Assembly: GCA_965644295.1 (NCBI GenBank)
Contig: CBFFRP010000150.1
Span: forward strand, 248,001 to 312,000
Source of the DNA: Paraphysomonas bandaiensis
Taxonomy: Eukaryota; Protista; Chrysophyceae
DNA: 64,000 nt
Direction of reading: 5' to 3'
The position numbers and the translations under genes are program-made. Within the stretch, counting starts at the first letter, position 1; every line of letters starts with the position of its first letter. Below the pieces are notes generated by a model, which saw nothing but the letters and a program-made list of their open reading frames with translations, was not told the origin of the DNA and ran no database searches. This document shows positions 25,204 to 38,409 of this stretch, in pieces.

Positions 25204-27220
25204 ATGAATCAATCACATACTTTAATAACCCTTATCATAACCCTCATATCTCTCTTTCCCTCTATCTCCAGCACCCCTCATAGCCCCCATACAGCCTCTG
25301 GATTTATAACGGGTGATATAGATGGATATAATACAACTCTACGAGTGATTAGTTATATTAATACTCCCACTAATATACAATCAATACGTTTTTCAAATTT
25401 TCCTCATGAGATTGGAATACATAGTCCTGATTTTATATTATTACATGGAAAAACAGTTAATGGAAGGAGCGTATGGCATAACAATCAATACTATTTGTTC
25501 TTCTTAACTAATCCCACTGACCCCAAGTCATCATTTGGGACATGGTTAATTGGTAATGAATTAGGCAAAGATAGTGGAATTGCATTTTTGAAACCGAAGC
25601 GTCATACGATTGTTCCTCTGGAAGCGGAGTCCGCTAACTCCAAATGGCACTTCCTTCAAAACAAAGATTGGATATCTGATAACGACGCTCGCATGGTGTC
25701 GTTGAGTGAGGACGTAGATCGCGTTAGCTACAATGTGGTAGAGTATCTTTCCTCTAACGGTGCGCTGGAGACATCTATACTTCTCATGTCGTCCTGTTCT
25801 GCATCTGTTGCCTCGTACTTTTCAGACATCCTCCAGAAAGAAGTCCTTCCCCCTAAAAAATTCTCTGGGAAACCGTTGCTATGGAATTCTAATATGAGAG
25901 CGTGGCAGATGTTTACGATTAGGGTAGCTATTCCGCAGGGTGAAGCTGTGGTGCTTCGCCAGCAGCAGCAGGAGAGCGTTGTACACTTAATCAACAGTGA
26001 GTTTCTGTATGATGGCTGGCGCTTGAGTCTGCGAGCCACGGATGCTGGAGATGAGCAGGAAATACTTTTGAGTCTCTCCAGCAAGGGGCTTCCTCAGGGT
26101 GTTGAGATGCTACCAATGCAGCAGGAAGCAGCTAAATCTTATAGGAAAGATCTCCTATCAAGACTCGGCAGTGTGAAACCCGGGGATTTTGTTTGGATAT
26201 GGTATCAGTCAGAAACGCCACTAGGATCTTCCTGTAGCGGTACAGTGTGTGATGATAATGCAATACTACGCTGCCTGGCGTCCACACCTTCTTCAGCTGT
26301 GTTTGAATACTTTGATAGTGACCGTCGTGACGCTATGGGACGTAGTGTCCTGTCCCACGCTACTAGCTTTGTTACAACAACCTGGAACCGAACCAGTAAT
26401 ATCTTTGAATTATCTCGCGACGGTACTCAATTATCTATTCATTCCGCGTTCTTTATTGGATCCCGACCTCTGGACTGGATAAGAGATCATATTGTTGCCC
26501 ACGAAAACATGCTGGCGCCGTCATTGTCGAGCTGTTTTATGTATCACGCGGGAACCACATTACCACAGCAGTTTATATACGCTGCAGAGATACTCTGCGT
26601 AATGATGGGCGCCAAACCGATGACTATGGTAAGTGGCGGCATGCTGTTGTTTCTACTCTTTAGTATGTTACGTGTGTTTATAGATTCAGTACTCGTCTTC
26701 ATCGGACCACCAGTGGAAGTTCCCACTAGTGGCACAGCTGACTCGAGCTATTGTTGCTGGTCAGCACCTTGTTCCTGAGTTGCGATCCCTTAAGCATACG
26801 ATAAATACGTATGGTAGTGACGAGACACTCATTGTTTATCGGGACGAGCGATCTCACCTTGTAGACTTACTGCGCCCGCGGGGAGCGGCCCAAGCGCTGC
26901 ATATCGCCCCCTATCCGTCTGAGGTTACTGATGGGGATACAGGGAAACTCCACCAGTTGTATTTGGACCAAATTTTCAACTCGTGGTGGAATGGGTACGT
27001 GCTAGGATACCCCGAACAATTCATAGATTCGTACTGTAGAAATTTTCACTCTGAACTTGGCGAGTCTGAGAAAGTATCTCAGAGTCGACTAGCTAAGATG
27101 AAAGCGCAGGACTACTTTCGACTGCACAACTTCTCGACACCTATTGTTGCACTGGGAAGTGATTCTAGCATACTGAGTACAAAAGTTCTTGATTTTTTTG
27201 CAACAATGACTGCTGAGTAA
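25204..27220 (+). CDS. Uncharacterised secreted protein, 2 exons (intron 26629-26683)
   Basis: Signal-peptide-like MNQSHTLITLIITLISLFPSISS; two long ORFs joined by a GTAAGT..TAG intron; no family recognised. Confidence 0.75.
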
Positions 27221-27896
27221 TTAAACTGAAGTTGTGTGTGCTGAGAATATTTAGCTTGAGTGATGAAACAGTGGTATGCTGTAAGCCCATGTAGGTTAGC
27301 GTATATTGACGTATTGACCAACGGTTGTAAACCTACATTCTACCCTGTGCTACTACCTACAAAATTCTCTTTAAGATGAATACAATATACCCCTCCTATT
27401 TTCTACAATGACCATTTCTTTGGAGTAAGGAGATCGTTAAGAAAAGTTTATACTAAAACTGGATAGCTGGATAGACTCTTTATTATAGTTGCATACACAA
27501 TTGTTTGTGTAGTCATGCAGGATGTAAGACATGTCAACAACATGATAATTTATTTTGTTCATATCAACCACTGCTCAACTTCCATACCTTGAATCGTCAT
27601 GATACAATACTTCAGTTTCACAGTTATAGCTATATATATAGTATCTTTGACTACGTATTACTGCGTTCAAATTGTATTTAACGTATTCTACAGTACTATC
27701 TTAGAGAACCATACGTATTCCAACAACAGATTCTACAACATAGCCTCAATCCACTATCAATATCTTCACATTGTAGTGACAGTATTCCTCAGCCAAATTG
27801 AATAACGTATAGTGGCTCAGATCATTGTTCATTACAAAAGCTACCTACTTTCAATACTTCATCTGCAAAAACAAGGGTATAACATATGATATGATA

Positions 27897-30291
27897 TTAA
27901 CGGTATGCTTTGGCTTTGGTAAATGAACCAGAAACTCCAAGGGAATCTTTCTTTCCTTTCTTGGGGTTGAATTTTCCTTTCTTATGAGCCATTTTCCATT
28001 TTTGTCTACCCGATGTACTATATCCAAGAGTCTCGCTGTTCGAGAAAACTCTACTTTGTCCGGCCGGCGAGGGTTGTGAAGCCGCAGCACTACTACTTTC
28101 TGCGCTCGCACTACCGCCTTCATCTGAGCCAGCAAACAGTGGGTCCTTAGATTTACTAATTTGTCTGCGTTTCTCCTGTGTTTGACCATCCGCCCCAGCC
28201 TGTGCTCGCCTCCTTTTCTTTTTGTTGCTTTTATTGCGATTACCTGCAACACTACGCATGCTCACGGGAACCAAGTAGTCTGGTACATGTCGCAAATGCT
28301 CTTTGACACGGATTGGGTGCATCACAGCCTTATCGTGACGAAGAACCTGAAAATATATTAAAGTATGTTCACATCGCTGACTTAACTTGTACCTTCAAAT
28401 CTGTAGGGTTCGCAGCAAAGAAAGATTTCAGCTGAGATGAATTGAGAATTTCTCTCTTGAGCTCAGCAGCTCTCATTTCCTTCACAGCAGCTGAAGTGAC
28501 CGAACGAATGGTGTCCTCAACCCTGTAGCGAAAGCTCTCGAGTTCGCGCATGTTAAAAACAAGAGGTGATGGCTGACGCATCCGCTCGTCCTCGTCGTCA
28601 AGAAACTCACCACCCTGGGCCCCGAGTGCAGCGAGGACGTTATTTCCTCCTTGTGAAGTGTCCCCAAGGCGAGGCTGTTGCGCTTGTACCGCTCTAAGGA
28701 CAGCCTCATCCCGCTCTGCAATGGACAAAGCTTTCGCGTGTGAAGACGTTGTAGCAGATGTAGCGGAGAGGGCAGGTGGAGTAGAAACAAATGATAGGGA
28801 GGTACCGGAGGCACCACCTCGAGCAGTGCGACCTATTCGGTGCGTATAGGCAGCTACGGAGGCAGGAAAATCAAAGTTGATAACAAATGACACACCCTTG
28901 AAATCTATTCCTCTCGATACACCATACTCATCTCTTTCTACAGAATCATCCTTATTTCGCTGTTTCTTTACAGTTGATTTAGGTACTTCTGCCACCTTTT
29001 CAGGTTCATCCACCTCGTCCTCACTCTCGTCGTCGCTACCCACATCACTTTCACCTACCTCGCTGCCACTATTTTCCTCATCCTCTATGTCATCGTCATT
29101 CTCGCTGCCTTCTTCATCCTGTACGTCTTCGTCACTGTCGCTATCTTCACCCTCCTCATCGATTGTCTCCATCTCGCCTGTTTCACCACGAGACATCTCT
29201 TCTTCCTCATCACTGCCCTCGTCATCTTCCTCGCCATGGTCTACCACTGCATCTGTAGCAATAAGATAATCGAACACACCACGATTGAACTCCTAGATAA
29301 AATGTCATACATTGCATTAAATCGAGATCACTCTCCCTACCTCTAGAATGTGGGTGCGAGAATTGGCGGGTAATTCAGCATTAAGGACAGCTGCAGATAT
29401 AAAAAACTGCTGGAGAAATAACTTTAACTTGTAACATTTGTTAACATCATTCACAAAAATTAGGCCTTTTCCCTGCGTGAAAAACGTTAGCATCGCATTT
29501 AGCAATACCAGAGGTGACACCTGTAGGAGGCCAAGCTTAATGAACACATAGAGTACGAGAAATTTGTCAGCCTCTGAGGTTCGGAGATACATCTGAAGAA
29601 GATGACCACTATTAGCAGACTCCTCGAGCTTTAGAACGGCAGGATTGTGAAGAACTACTCTTTTAAATTTCTCGAGTTCAGGAGATAAGGTGGCCGACAT
29701 TAGCAGACCTTGATATATCTTGGGCATGGAGGAAGTAATTGACTGTACATCATCAGCATGTCCGAATGATAAGATGAGATCAGCCTCATCAATCACAAGG
29801 GTATTCACTCGAGACAAGCTGATATTTCCAGATTTCAATGAATTGACAAGTCGTGCAGGAGTGGAGATAACGATATCTGGCATGGCTTGTAGACGATACA
29901 ACTGAACAGTTGTACTATCATCACTGAGAGAACAAATAGATATATTATCTCTACAATAATACATCAATTCTGACATATGATTTTCAATTTGTTTGCATAG
30001 CTCTTTTGTAGGGGCTAAGATTATAGCTTTAATACACGGTTTCGACTGATGTTCTGTACTTTTCATAGCTAACAATTTATGTAGTATAGGTAGAGCAAAT
30101 GCATATGTTTTTCCTGAACCTGTACGTGCACGAACTAATACATCTTTTCCTTGTAAAACAATAGGAATACATTTTGCTTGTACGATAGTTGGGTATATAA
30201 ACCCTAACTTCGATATAGCTTTCGTTAACTTCTTATCTAAACCAAAATCTCTTTGAATCCATGTCTTTTCTTCATCTAATAGAAATGACAT
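27897..30291 (-). CDS. DDX56: DEAD-box RNA helicase DDX56/Dbp9, 4 exons
   Basis: [61 protein letters not shown]. Confidence 0.93.
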
Positions 30292-31283
30292 TGTTTATAA
30301 TAGAAAGGAAGTTCTTCTTCCTATACTAAGAATGTGATCTATATTGATTTCTTATGTGGTTGTTAATTATGTGAACTCTCAATGGCTCTGATGGGAAAAC
30401 CATTCATTATAGAGACTGTATTTCATTGTATTCTATAGTACTACAATGGTTAGTTGTGTATGGTTTGTTGTGGATGAGATATAATACAGTAGAAATACAG
30501 GATAGGAAACTATGTTTTTTTAAGAATATATAGCTTTTTATAGTGTCAAAATCAGGTTTTTTCAATGGGTATGTTGTTTTGCTCTCTCTGCTGCTGTATA
30601 GCATACAATAGTTGAACCTGTGGAACAGCAGTATGTCTCTAATATATGTGTGGTCTCATGGATATGGTCAGTGAGGGGTTTGTAGTTATGTGGGATGTTG
30701 TATTCATCTGGTAAGATGATTGCTTGAGGAATATAATGCAGTATATCTTCCATGATATTTGATTCATCTTCTGGTCAAGGACACAATATCATATGAGGAT
30801 ATATCTATCTGTATATACAGTACATGTATATGCCTGTAGATCCACAGCTCTGATTGTCCTGTATAACAGTGCCGTATACAGAACTATACAACAACATACA
30901 GTCAACTGAAAAAAAAAATACAACAAAAATTTTAAAAAAAATCGATTTCATATGAAGATTCTGCTGTATATTTTTCTAGATTACAATTTTGTAGAGTATC
31001 CAAAATCTGAGGTGCAGAATCCACACAAAAAAAAAACAAAGAAGCCGAAAAAGAACAATCCAAATATTCTTTTTTCATATATATGAAGTGCCACATATTC
31101 TACATACGTTTAGAGTATGAAGAGTATCTATTGCTTATGTATGTATGTTGTGATGTGTGGGGTGATGTAGGTGTGATGCATTATACGTGTGTTTCTATAT
31201 ATAAACCACATATCTATATACTAATCCATCTTAATAGTATTGCATTCATTATATATATATAAAGACATTTAATTCATTCAACA

Positions 31284-33008
31284 ATGATTCGTTCAGTTAA
31301 GAGTATTAAACCTTTCGCATCTCGTTCTCTGTCTAATGCCAGATACACTCTCCCACCATTTGCTGGTGAACCCTTTAAGACATATGCACCAGGGACCCCT
31401 GAACGTCCTCTATTAGAGGCTGCATTAAAGGAAACAAAATCAGAAGTGGTGGAAATACCATGTATTGTAAATGGAAAAGAGATTTTTACTGGAGATACAC
31501 AGGAGCAAGTCATGCCTAGTGATCATGGGCATGTCCTTGCAAGGTTTCATAAGGCTACTCCAGATATTATTCAGGATGCTATTCGTGTCTCTAATGAAGC
31601 ACGACAGGAATGGGCTTCAATTCCATTCGAACATCGTGCAATGGTATTCAAGAAGGCTGGAGATCTTGTTGCTGGAAAATATCGCCCGAAGATCATGGCA
31701 GCTACCATGCTCGGTATGTTTGTTATTGATGTCTTGCATATTGTATTTTAAATGCTATTATGTATAGGGACTGGTAAAACCGTATGGCAGGCAGAAATTG
31801 ACGCTGCTGTAGAAGTTGTTGATTTCCTCAGAATTAATAATAAATTCGCGGAAGGCATCTACGAGGGGCAGCCTCCACTAAATAGCGCCAACACTTGGAA
31901 CCGTTTGCGCTACCGCGAACTGGAAGGACATGTTCTTGCTATCTCCCCATTTAACTTCTGTGCTATTGGAGCCAACTTGTGTGCTGCTCCTGCTCTAATG
32001 GGAAATACTGTACTTTGGAAACCTGCATCTGCGTCTGTGCTTTCCAACTATGTTACATACAAGATATATCAGGAGGCTGGTCTTCCCCCCGGAGTTATAT
32101 CCTTCCTTCCTGCAGCTGGTAAAGTTGCTGGGGAGGCTATCAATCACCCTGATTTCGCCGGCCTACACTTCACTGGTAGTACTGCTGTATTCAACTCTCT
32201 TTGGCAGCAGGTGGGCAATAACCTCAGCACATACAAAAGTTATCCACGCATAGTTGGCGAGACTGGCGGCAAGAACTTCCACGTGCTGCATCCATCTGCG
32301 GATGTTGATCACGCCGTTTTCAACACTGTACGAGCTGCATTCGAATATCAGGGACAAAAGTGCAGCGCCTGCAGCCGTATGTATGTTCCCAAGAGCCTCT
32401 GGTCTGAGGTGAAGAGCAAGTTGGTCGATACTATTGCTACACTCAAGGTTGGACAGCCTGACGATTTCAAGAGTTTCATGACCGCTGTGATCGATGGCGC
32501 AGCATTCAAAGACCACTCCGGTTTTATTGATAGAGCTAAGCAGAGCTCAGAGTGCGAAATCATTGCGGGTGGATCCTACGACAACTCTAAAGGGTACTTC
32601 GTTGAGCCAACGGTTATAGTGACCAGCAACCCGAAGTACGAAACTATGCAGGAGGAAATATTTGGACCTGTGCTGACTGTGTACGTATACGATGATGCTG
32701 AGTGGGATGCTACTCTTAAACTTGTCGATTCTACTTCCCCCTATGGACTTACTGGCGGAATATTTGCGAGAGACAGGCGTGCTCTTGTGCAGGCAGAGAG
32801 AGAGTTGCGCAACAGCTGCGGCAACATGTACTTGAATGACAAGAGCACCGGTGCTGTCGTAGGAGAGCAACCCTTCGGTGGCGGGCGAGCATCAGGTACC
32901 AACGACAAGGCAGGTAGCCATCTGAATCTGCTTCGATGGGTCAATGCTCAGACCATCAAGGAGAACACCGTGCCCATTACTGGAGTTTCGTACCCCCACA
33001 TGGATTAA
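31284..33008 (+). CDS. ALDH4A1: Mitochondrial delta-1-pyrroline-5-carboxylate dehydrogenase, 2 exons (intron 31714-31767)
   Basis: GKTVWQAEIDAA, ISPFNF, GETGGKNFH, AFEYQGQKCSACSR, EEIFGPV, QPFGGGRASGTNDKAG. Confidence 0.96.
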
Positions 33009-33825
33009 ACGCAACGTGTTTCATTGGATATATTCACGCGGCTAGGAGTGAACATCGTGTAATTGCATTTGACTCTTCTAACACGAGTTCATTATTTTCT
33101 CTTGTTGTTAAGAAAAGTGTAGTGCGTGGTAACTTTTTGGTAATTATCAAGTAGAGTTCTAATATCATTGATGAAGACTTAGCAGAGCTATCTTAACGCT
33201 GTCGCCTCTCTACAAATTGATATTTTTTTACCAGTTACAGCAGATATTAGCTTAACTTGATTTAGTTGAATTATGGCCTCGTTTCTCCGTTCCAGGAATA
33301 ACGAATTATACAGTAGTTGTAAACAGCATAACAAGAATTTAGTATGAATGATGTTAACGAAAATAGCTGAAATAATACGTTGACTGGCCTGTATGAGATT
33401 GTGACTATCTAAGATCTGGTAATAGATAATATTGGTTGGTAGTAGTAATGATATAGATTTAGTGAAAGATAGAGATGCTGATCACTGATCACAATTAATT
33501 GAGGGTCTGCTGTCTGCTGTATTTCACGTTCAGTTACCACGTGACTACTATAAATGTTACATTCTGTTCTTTTTAATATTCAGTGAGGTGTTGTTGTTTG
33601 AAGCAATTTCTAGTCAATTTGTGATGCGCTATAGGAAACAATATAGCAGTCACAATATACCATACTTAAAAGTGAGTGTACACCAGAGTAATGAATTACT
33701 CTAAACAAATATAGTTTTCATGCTCATAAAATTGGAACGAAGGATATAATAAATATCCGAATCAACACTATTAATATATATTTTCTATCGCTTGTAGGAG
33801 TAGTAAATTTATGTGGTGCAAGAAA

Positions 33826-35574
33826 CTATACATTGGATTCAAGGAGTTGGCTAATAAAACGGCGCTCAACATGAGGAACACTAATACGGGTCAGATCGTC
33901 AAGTACTAACGAGGCATTCAAATCAAATTTTAATCTGCTTCTGTACAGACACGAAAGAGGAAAATCTGAGAGTGGAATAGGAATTGTTGCACCGTATACA
34001 CTGCCTGACACCTCATTCGCAATCTTGTAGTGTATTGTAGCTCCTTGCTCGTAAGAAAGTTGTAGAGGGTTCCTCTGCCATGGACCCTTCTCTCTAAGAG
34101 TGATATAGTGCGTATAAAACATGCCAATAGCAGCAGTTCGCATGATTAATTTGCCTTCCCAGGCAGGACAGAAACGCCCCTTGTTCCACTTACCAAGGCG
34201 AGGTAGCACGGCGGACCCATGTAAGAAAGCTAAATCCTTCGCCTCCGACACACCATTACAGTCATCAACGCAAAGGGGTTTAAAGTAAACCGCATTTAGC
34301 TTGGAATCACGACCAGACAGGATCTCAACAAGATGAACAAGATCATTCACTCTACGCCCAGAAAACTTAGACCTAGGACTAAAACTCTGTCATTATATAT
34401 ATTAATAATAAATTAACATGGATGAATTTTCACATACCAGAAACTCATCGTCGTCAATATGCGCCATCCACTTACTTGAACTCTTGTACCTGGAGTAGCA
34501 AGATGCCAGAGCGGCAGTCTGTGATATTGCTCGAGGTGGGCGAAAAAATAAATTGTCGATACCTCCTGGCTTGTTGTCATTCTGAGCTATATAATTCACC
34601 CACCTCCCACTGCCCATGTTCTTAACGCAGTTCTCATACGGCCAGCGTACAACGGTAACCACACCGGCGCTCACGTAGTCTGAAAGTATATAAGCCAGCT
34701 CGTTCTCTTTTGTCGTGCCCCACGGGCTCGTATCATACATAAAAAAGTGCTCAACACCAACCAATCGATGGTATTCCAACCACTCCACCAGCTCCATTCT
34801 TGAGGCCCTTGATGTTGCCGTGCAGACGGAGAGTTTGTAGTCATACAAACTCCCTTTACCAGTACCATAACGCTGTTGCACATTTTCAGATGCACTCGTA
34901 GTACAGACTTCAAATGGCTCAGTGGAATTGTTCGAAACCCCATCTTCAGGAGAAAGATATCTTTCGAGCCGGATGCGATTCCAGTAGACAGAGTCGTCAG
35001 GAAGAGGGCAGCGAATTTGTAACGTCGACAGCTCGGCTATCTCAACATCATTTATTCGAACAGAACGAAGAGTTGCAACTACAACGTCATTTCTGAGATA
35101 AACGCACAAAACGAACTGGCCCTGGAGACCTTTACCAATTTCACCTCCAAGGTGAGAGTTCGGTCGTGCGTAATCAAAATCTTTATCAACTGGGACGTAT
35201 ATGTTTTCGACTAAACCGCCACCTAACTGGCTTGCGTATTGTGGGTACGAACTAATAACCTGCTTCCACATCTTGTGGTCGAATTTGCAGGCATTTCGCG
35301 ATATTACAGTCACCTCTACACGCTTCTCTCTTTGCAACAAAACAGCATCCCATACCCACCTATACCAGATAGATATCAGCACAGTTGAGACGAAAAGAAC
35401 AATGACAACTCACGGAATATGACGATCTGGTGGATCTAAAGGAAATCTTCTTTTAGAATCATCAGAGTGTAAGGAACACATGCCTCCATCTCTGTTTATA
35501 TCACTAGTGACAATGCTTATAACAATGCCAGTAAACACAAGAACTAACAACTCAATAATTATCATCTTAATCAT
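33826..35574 (-). CDS. Glycosyltransferase family 92 (DUF23)-like type II membrane protein, 3 exons
   Basis: LSVCT..EWLEYHRLVGVEHFFMYD, WMAHIDDDEFL (DxD), N-terminal TM; introns 35413-35360 and 34437-34387. Confidence 0.82.
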
Positions 35575-35889
35575 GTTTGATAATCTTATCGAACAACTAT
35601 GATGATATTTTATGATATCATACACACTATAGTTGAGTTTATATATATAATCATACAGTCAATCCTTATAAGATCGTATGCATATCTAGCATCATATGGA
35701 TCACTTCATTATCATCTACAATGCTCATTGATGTATGATAGATTTATAATCTTTTCATTATTAGTATCTATTAGAATGAGAATATGATGGATATCTTCAC
35801 AGGAATCTGTAATCAAGTATACATTACTGCTCTATATAAGCATCTCTACTTAAAATCTCATACATAGAGCACACCATAACATGCATAGG

Positions 35890-36035
35890 TATCGGCAGTC
35901 AGCATCTTATTTTTCGGTAATTAATTGAAGTAAAATTATTCTATATTACGTACATACAACTACGGCTGTATTACACATATTTGTTGTCTCAATATTAGAG
36001 GCATATGTGAACAAAAATATACACAGGATGCCGAT
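35890..36035. mobile_element. Putative MITE with TATCGGCA/TGCCGATA termini
   Basis: 8-bp terminal inverted repeat; a second partial copy lies at 24958. Confidence 0.5.
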
Positions 36036-37131
36036 ACGGCGAGTAGTACTCATCATCACCAGATTCATATTGTAGCTCTATGTAGATATCTACAAGCAGA
36101 AAGAGTTGAGTGGCAGACGCAAAAATCCCTTCTTTTTAGGTGTGACCTGTATAATAAAAACTATAATACATCGATTTTCGCAGTCCAAAGTTGCATAAAA
36201 TGTGGATTTCAGAAGAAAAATTAGAACATTCTTGAACTCCAACATTTCTTTATTCTTTGGGACATAGTTAACTCTCTGGTCCACCAGATCTCATTGAAAT
36301 TATTGCATATGGAATGGTTAGAATTCAGACAAGACTCAGTGATTTAGAGGGTGTGACATCCTGGAGATATATTTAAGGCTTCAGAGCAATTAATGCAGAG
36401 TAGCCAAGGTGTAGGTTACCAAATTTGGAAAGAATATATGGTATGAGCCATACCACCCACCTGTGCCCCATGAAGACAAGTGATTTTCAATCCGGTAGTT
36501 GCGTTCTTCATATGTATCAGGAGAGAGAACTCCATTCGATTGAGAGGGCGTTTTGAGTTCCACTGTACGATATGATAGATATGCAATAGGTGAAACAATT
36601 CTATACAATAGATAAAACAAACTCACGGTAGAGATGGATAAATTTATTACCACGCAGGTTGTTTTACAGATTTATGCCTATATACGTATTATGAATGGGG
36701 ATTACCTCGTGGACATATGTGAAAGTGAGCAGATGCTTACTGGATGTGACATGAATATTTGTGTCAAATGCTGAGATATCCTTGTTTTATCAAAAATTAA
36801 GCAATAGGCGTAACAAAGCAATTTTAAATTTTATCGCAATGCCAAATACAGAATAATGGTGACACAAGTTGAGCAAAAACACTAAATTTATCAGTATAGT
36901 AGTAACTTTTTACCTCGTGTTAATCCCAACTAGTACTTTTTATACATGCAGCAGAACAGATACTTTTAAGAAGCCAATACTTTAATACTTACTACTAAAG
37001 CATGCATAATATATATAATTTAGTTCTGTCTCAATTATTATGTATTATCAATGAATATCAGGTAAATATTACAACATCTTGCTTATCAAAATCGATGTCA
37101 AGCACAAAATTCTTTTGCGCTAGAATATTCT

Positions 37132-37803
37132 TCAGCTAGTAGAATATATTATTTTCGAATTACGAGAGCAGAACATTAAAATATCACGCATTGTGTCTTT
37201 GGGCAATTTGGCCAAAGGACATGAGGTATGTGATTCTTTTGCCATTGCAAGAAGTAGAAGCCGTTTTTTATCCCATGACAACGAAACTGCAGGCAAAATA
37301 GTAGCATACTCCTCAATATTATTTAGGTCACTATAATTCGCAATTCCAATTCTAATTATTTCAAGCTCTGGGGCTTCCTGGGTAATGGATAGTAGAGAGG
37401 ACAGTTCTACTGACTGAAACGGAGAAGTAGAGGGGTGTAATATCGTTAAGCTTTTAAGTTTGGGTGTAATCCACCCGAATTTTTGTAGGGACATCGTATA
37501 CTTTATCGCATTCCATGGCATTGTCAACTCTGTCAGAACTGAAAATACTACTCGGCCACAACGATTCCCTTGGAAATATAACGGACGAACCATTACCCCC
37601 CCTTTAGTTGAGCGGGGATAATACAAAAACACTTCCAAAGTGTCTCTTGATTGATAAACTAATTCCGAGACACGATCTTCTCCACAATTTGCGATAACTC
37701 CACCCCATACAGACATACGAGTTAAGTGGTTAGCAGTGTCACCTGTATAGATTCTGTTTTGTGGATTGACCACAAAAAGTTCAGTACTTTTTGCATTCTC
37801 CAT
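37132..37803 (-). CDS. Hypothetical 223-aa intronless protein with C-terminal F-box-like motif
   Basis: Intact ATG-to-stop ORF; ends RLLLLAMAK..CPLAKLPKDTMRDILMFC. Confidence 0.6.
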   Translation of the reverse strand: MENAKSTELFVVNPQNRIYTGDTANHLTRMSVWGGVIANCGEDRVSELVYQSRDTLEVFLYYPRSTKGGVMVRPLYFQGNRCGRVVFSVLTELTMPWNAIKYTMSLQKFGWITPKLKSLTILHPSTSPFQSVELSSLLSITQEAPELEIIRIGIANYSDLNNIEEYATILPAVSLSWDKKRLLLLAMAKESHTSCPLAKLPKDTMRDILMFCSRNSKIIYSTS

Positions 37804-38409
37804 AGAATAAGAGAATGTTCTATTTATAATAGTGTAACTTGTGTAAGTTAAGGTGAATGTGGGTGTCTTCTAGCATCTGGAGGTGGCAGCTTTATATATC
37901 CACATCAAGGAAAGCAATTTCCACGAAGAAACAAACAAAGAGTCAGAAAATTCCAATATTATTTTCAGGAAAAAACTGGAAACATCCGGTTTTGTATTTT
38001 ATGAACATCAAATATACATGTATGTACTGCTGTATGATGTCAAAAGTCATGAAAATGTAAAGATTTATAGCTAATCCGCATATCCAAAACCCAGTTTTTT
38101 ACAACCCACACAATAGCTGTTGATATGCTGATGGTGATGTCTATCAATCGTAGTGTGGTGTGTGGGTGTGGGTGTGAGTGTGGTGATGATGATGTATTTT
38201 TGTAATATTATATTTTTGTTGGTGTGGTTGTGGGTAGACAGACGTATGGATGCATAGCAACCTCCTGCTGTACGGTGTATGTATGAGTAGATGGTATACA
38301 ATGCAATGCAATGCAGCATCTCCACAACACATACATACATATACAATCCATACATGCTCTCAATTGTGGTTGAAACCCAGCATATTTGCTCCTGTCATTA
38401 ATTGATACC

